This document shows positions 15,001 through 21,000 of a DNA stretch of 64,000 nucleotides, piece after piece. The stretch is taken from the NCBI GenBank assembly GCA_009995385.1, contig JAACPT010000002.1, positions 759-64,758 on the forward strand, in the 5' to 3' direction. Position numbers and translations under genes: made by a program. The DNA is from Candidatus Parcubacteria bacterium (GTDB taxonomy: Bacteria > Patescibacteriota > Minisyncoccia > Phycocordibacterales > UBA918). Position 1 is the stretch's first letter. Every line of letters starts with the position of its first letter. The notes under the pieces are model-generated. The model ran no database searches. It saw only the letters and a program-made list of their open reading frames with translations, and was not told the DNA's origin.

Positions 15001-18000
15001 TATCAGTACTAAATGATATTTCGTACTCCAACTCATCGCTCTGTGGGTCAGTCGATACAAAATCAAACACCGGTAGTGTCTCAACCGTTTTTTGGTTATC
15101 AAAGAGATCACCGAGTATTGGTGTCTCTACTCGCAGACCCCAGCGAATAGTCCAATCCTGCAAAGAAAGTGTACTACCATCAAAAGTCGCCACTAGACGA
15201 AGTTCGTTATAAACAGCAGTATCAAGTTCACGAAGACTAATCGGAGCAATTGAAACACCGGTTGAGTTTCCAGGAAGTAAGGTATTCGGAATCAGCTGCC
15301 ATGAACCGCCATTTTTATACTCCACCTGAATTCGAATTTCACCTACAGTCTCAGTATCACTCCAATCAACCTCGCCCCAGGCGTTACCAACTACAGCCGT
15401 ATCAAAATCAACTGGTGTGCTGACCATCATGCCAAGTACTCCACTGGCACTGACTGCTCCTGCTGTCGTTGTAAGATTCGTCAGGGTATTAGTTGTAAAT
15501 TGCTCACCGGTGGTTTGGAACCATTCACTCGTCTGCAAATTTTGATTGGTCGTAAAGCTCGTTGGAAGAGACCACTCACTCGCCGTCGCTGAACCAAGTG
15601 GATCGGACGCTCGTACGCGCCACCAGTACGTGGTACTCGAAGCGACACTAGTTGGTGCGGTAAAACGGATAAGGTTACCAGAAGTAAACGGTGCTTTGTC
15701 TGACGGTAGTGTGACGTTTTCAAAGTTAAGTGGGTAAGCGGTTGAATTACGATCAATCTCGACACTCGCAAACGTCGGATCATCGTCTACTTGTACCTGG
15801 TATTGAATATCATCACTCGCCAAATCAATCGAAACAAATTCCAAGACTGGAGTCAAATCAGTAGTATGTTCATTGTCGAAATAAACAAGATTTGATGGTG
15901 TGTTTGGTGGACCAACAGTGATGAGCTCTGGATAAGTAGTGTACGTTGTTAGCTCGTGACCAGTTGCTCGAACCATGCGAAAACAGTAAGTAGTATTGAT
16001 ATCGACACTTACCGCCTCGATTACCCAATCCCATTCACCCACCTCACCAATTCCAATCTCATTTGGAATAAGGTTGGAGTAGTTACGTTCCTCGTACGAA
16101 GCTAGGACTGTCGAACTTGCGAGCGTCGTTGAAGACAACGTAGTACCATCCTCTAGGGTAGGATTGTTATACCCTCTAAATAGTGCTGTGGTGCTTCCGA
16201 TTTCACCAAGATCATGCCAAGAAGTGGCTGATGAACACTGCCCAACACCAGCAGCCGCTGCATATTGGAGTGTGAAGGCAGACGACTGTACTGTAGCGGT
16301 CGCCGTCGTGACTGCTAGGTTCATCCGTAAGCGCAAGATATCACCGTCATCGACTGCACCTGAACCGCTAATCGCTACACCTTCTTCAACATCTTCTGAA
16401 GCGTTAATCGGCCAACTTGAAGTTGGCGTCTGCAAAGTGGTATTTTCATACCACCTATACGACAATTGCTCCAGGTCATCATCGTATGTAATAATCGTCG
16501 CAGATTCTTGTGCACCAAAGCCAATAAGACGATTGGTGACACCGTCGAACTTTCTCGCCTGCACTGAACCAAGGATATTCTTTTCATCTTGTTCTACATT
16601 GACGTCCTCGTAAATAACGTAGAACGGCTTGCCATTTGTAGAAACAATCTGGTGACCAGCGGTGAAGTTGATTGCATCCCCATTAGTACCATTACCATGA
16701 TTAAAATATGCTTTACCAGGATTATTTCCAACTGGAGAACAGGTGGCACTTTCCACTAAATTACCTGCGCTGTCCTGCACCTCTAGCGCGACATCGCCAA
16801 AACGCGGTGAACAAACCACTGCCGCATACGCTGCATCATTGGTCATAAAGTATCTCGTTCCAAATTCGTGCTGTGGCCAAAAAACAGTCGCTTCATTACC
16901 ATCACCGTCAGCCATTTGCACTGCAGAAATCGGCTGAATAGCACCAGTAAATCGTACTGCCGAACCGGCGCCTTCAGCGGCTGTGGTACATTGCGTAATA
17001 TCGTCTTTTTCACCTCTGGTAGTGCCAGTAGTCGCACCGCCAGTACCAACTGAACAGTAAACGGTTGCATCAGGATTATCAGCGGTAGCCGATAAATGGA
17101 AGTAGTTCGAATCAACACCAAAGAGGTCTCGAGTGGTCGGTGGATAAGCCACAATGCCATCCCCCGGGTTGGTCGTACGATGCATCAAAAGCACCGGACT
17201 AGTAGCTTCTACTACTATACCGTTTCCATCTACCCCGGAACCAGAATCAGTTGGATCTGTAGTCGATGTTGAAGCGGTATTTTTTGGGATGACAATAGTT
17301 TGACTAGCTGTGCCACTGTTACCTATGTAGGTAGAAACGGTGGTAGTAGCAAACGGAGCGTGAATGTACCAGCGATCAGCAGCTCGGTTCAGTGGTACAG
17401 CAAAGGTGGTGGTAGCAAAGCTAATAGGCGCAAGCGTATCGCTACTATCAGTGCTATTACCAGTTACCGTGCCAGAAATCGGCCCAAGTGTACTGATAAT
17501 TGAGCTACCCGTGAACGTAGCAAAAGTGGTGCGCTCACCCTGATTGAGCGGCACAGGTGTCCCACCATCAATCGAGACTGCATTGCCGTCAATCAAACTT
17601 TGTACCGAAATACTTGTCGCGCCAGAGTCATCAACAACGTAGTACAGGTCGGTACTGGTGCTGTAGCTAAAAGTTGCTAACTCATCACTTGCAGAAGTAG
17701 CACCAGTACTTCCATAATACATATATATAGTAGTTTCCTCTCCAGCCGGAATACTATCCACCTGAACCCAAATATCTGCTTGGTCACTAGTGTTATCAAA
17801 ATGTTGCACCCAGAAATCAAGCTCAACGAAATCAGTAATCGCGAGATCCTCAGCCGATGACGTAGCCACAAAACTAGACACATTGTTCATGTTTGCGTAC
17901 TCTACAGCCAGCCAATTTTTATTGCGTACGACACTAGCAAACCGCAATTCATCGAGCTGACCCTCAAAGTTTTGGTTGTTTTGGAATCCACCGCCGAGCG

Positions 18001-21000
18001 AATCTTGCTCTTGTCCCACAATAAGACCACCATTAGCAATCGAAAGCGGAGCAATAGGTTGTGGGTCAGGGTTTTCTGTATCACCAACACCATTGACGTA
18101 AAAATTGACTTCGTCAATTGCGTCTTCACCGGTCACAGCAAAAAAGTTCCAGCTGCCCGTATTATGGGTGCCAATGGTATCAGAAAGACCAAAGCTTTCA
18201 AAAGCGTTTTGATAAAACAACTGAAGATTACTTGTATTACTAAAGTATATAATGTACTCGTTAGAACCAGCTGCGGTATTATCTTTGGCTCCTGACACAA
18301 TCGTCTGAGCTCCTCCGATGGTCGTCTGGTGCCACCATGAAGTGGTCAGGTTTGATACTCCATTCAGAACCTCACGAGGTAAGATTAAGTAATCATTCTG
18401 ATCATCGCCAAATTCTTGCCCTTTCCCAAACAGACCAACTTTACTGTTCGAAGTATTGTAGTCATCACCATCATACTGATTGCTGGTTGAATCTTTATAG
18501 AGATTGAGGTTACTGGTCCCTACCGCATCTTCCTCGAGGTGATATACCGCTAGGTAATTATTGGTCCAGACATTATTAGAACCATAGGTACTCGTACGAC
18601 TGTATGGCAATGCATCTTCATTTTGGTAGTAGATATAAAAATCGTTGGCAGCGTTTCTATTAAGATTTGTCTTAAAATACAACTCACCAGAATTGGTGCC
18701 TTTATCAATAGATACTAACTCGAATGGTAGCTCGGTGACTCCGTCTCCCGTGGTGATACGGATATCTCTACCGTCAGTCTTTACCGCACTAAAGAACTCA
18801 GTCCCAAACATTGAGAGATCTATATATACAGGGAAATCAGTCAGATTCGCACTAATCTTTGCTTGTGGAATTGAGAATTTCAATCTCTTTCCCCAGCTAG
18901 TGCTATACCAAGTGAGATTGGCTGCATTATCTGGCACTTGTGAATCACCGATCGAATAGAAATGTGTTGGATCAGAGAGATTGCTGGTTTCTAGCCTCAC
19001 ACGTTCATCGGTTCTAGTAGTGAGCGCAACACGGAGTTCATCAACCTGACCGTTCCACCAAGTGTTGGTGCCAGTGCGAGCAACACTGAATCCACCAGCG
19101 CCGGTATTGGTTGGATTACCCACTGTTTGTGGTACTGATTCTATCAGCACTCCATCTTCAAAAACTAAGTTGTTTCCAGAAATTGAAGTAGTACCAACTG
19201 TACCAAAAGCACTCCAAGTAGAGGTAGCTCGGGCAAGCGTATATGTTGCACCACCAGTAGCACCAAAGTAATGGAGACCGGTAGCTGCAGTATTAAGACC
19301 GGTATACCAAGGCCGGAACTCCATATCGTCTGGTTGGTTAGCAGTACCCCACTGCCATAAAGCTGAGTTACTCACAACCGGCATACGGTAAAGACCAGTA
19401 ATGACGAGTGGGTCACCACCAGGGAAAGTCCAAGTTGTAGAAGCCAAGTATCCAGATACTGCCGTAAAGTCATACGCTGTTCCCATCTGACCAGTAGTCG
19501 TCGCAGGAGCAGCAGTGATGACTGTTAGGTCGTGACCGTACCCTGTTTCATCAGTAAGCACATTACCAACCGTAGATGGATTATCACTGAAGTGATATAC
19601 CGCCTGATAGCCCGCCCCAGTCCAAACTGCCTGCGATCCAGATGGATCGCTAGAAGCATACCCTGACGCAGCAGTATTATCGTAATACACGTAGAAGGTA
19701 TTAGCAGCATGAGCAGCGATTGCTGACGCTAGGAAATGTAACTCCCCCGTTTGCGCCGTTGTGTTTATCTCCACCAAATCTATTGGTAGTTCAGTTCCAT
19801 CACTGGTCGTCACTCTAATATCACCACCATCACTTTTCACCCCTGCCCAAAAACCGGCATCAAAAAGTGAGAGGTCCACATAGACTGGGAAATTGCTTTG
19901 ATCTTCAGTCACCGTCAGTGGCGGGATAGTGATGGCGACTCGACCGCCAAAGCTCGGGTCAAACCAATTCGTCTGCGCAGTGCCAGCATTACTAAAGTTG
20001 CCAGTAGACACCTGCTGTGCAAAGCGAATATCACTTCCATCGGCTGCTACATTGTTCCAAAAATCAGTCAGTGCACTACTAATTTCCAAAAATACCTGGT
20101 ATTCAGAAAGATCAGTCGTACCATTGGTGTTATCAATAGTGATTGGCATCCGGTAGCTCCAGTCTGATGTCCAAAATGGGTCAAGAAGTCCATACTCACT
20201 GTTACCAATTACTTCAATCCAGTATTCCCCATTTGAAAACGGTGGAAAAGCAATGTCCATCTTGAAGTACTTTGTTTCTCCTGGCTCAATCAGGTACGTA
20301 CCAGGAGTATGGGCACGTACTTCAAATTCCGCCGGAACATCTTTTTTATCTGGTCCCAACCCAACAAACTGAGCAATTTTACGAAGAACCCCTGGTCGTG
20401 GTTGTTCCCCCGCTGCAGTAGCTATCTTTTCCCATCCTGGTTCATATCGAGTCATATTATGCTCCGCAACTTTGACATCAAGCATGACACAGGCGGTATT
20501 AGCACCATCTAGCTCGTCACATTCACGAACCACATTAGTATTTCGACACGAATACGCTGGTATCTGATCTTCGACTGCAATGATTTCCTTACTCTCTATG
20601 ACACGCTCAATACCTGCTTCCTCTTCGAAAACCAGTGCAGTGGTTGTAGCAATTTCTTCACTCGTGACCTCTAGAGTGGAAGTACTTTCGGAGGAAATCG
20701 GTAAGACTGACCTACTACTTGCTTCTGCAAGTACTGCATCCTCAGCGAGTTGGCGCGAGAGAGCGTCTAGACTTTCGGGTAACTGCTCACCTACGTATTC
20801 CCAACCCGCCTCGCAATGGTACACATATGGTCGATACTCAGGGATTACTGCGGTACGTGGTTTATTCTGGTTGAACATCTCAAGTGAGACTACCTCTCCA
20901 ACTTCTCGCGGGAAGTAGGTTTGAATAGAGAATTCTTCTGCCTTCGAAGCAGTATTGGTCACACTAAAATAGGTGGCTACTTCAGAAAGTCCTTGGTAGG

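Noticed and set aside
8000-20000. Periodic nucleotide repeats that might be taken for CRISPR or tandem non-coding repeats
   Set aside because: The units are 1-2 kb long, are only ~70-75% identical, and lie in-frame within coding sequence. They are protein domain repeats, not 25-40-bp direct repeats with spacers.
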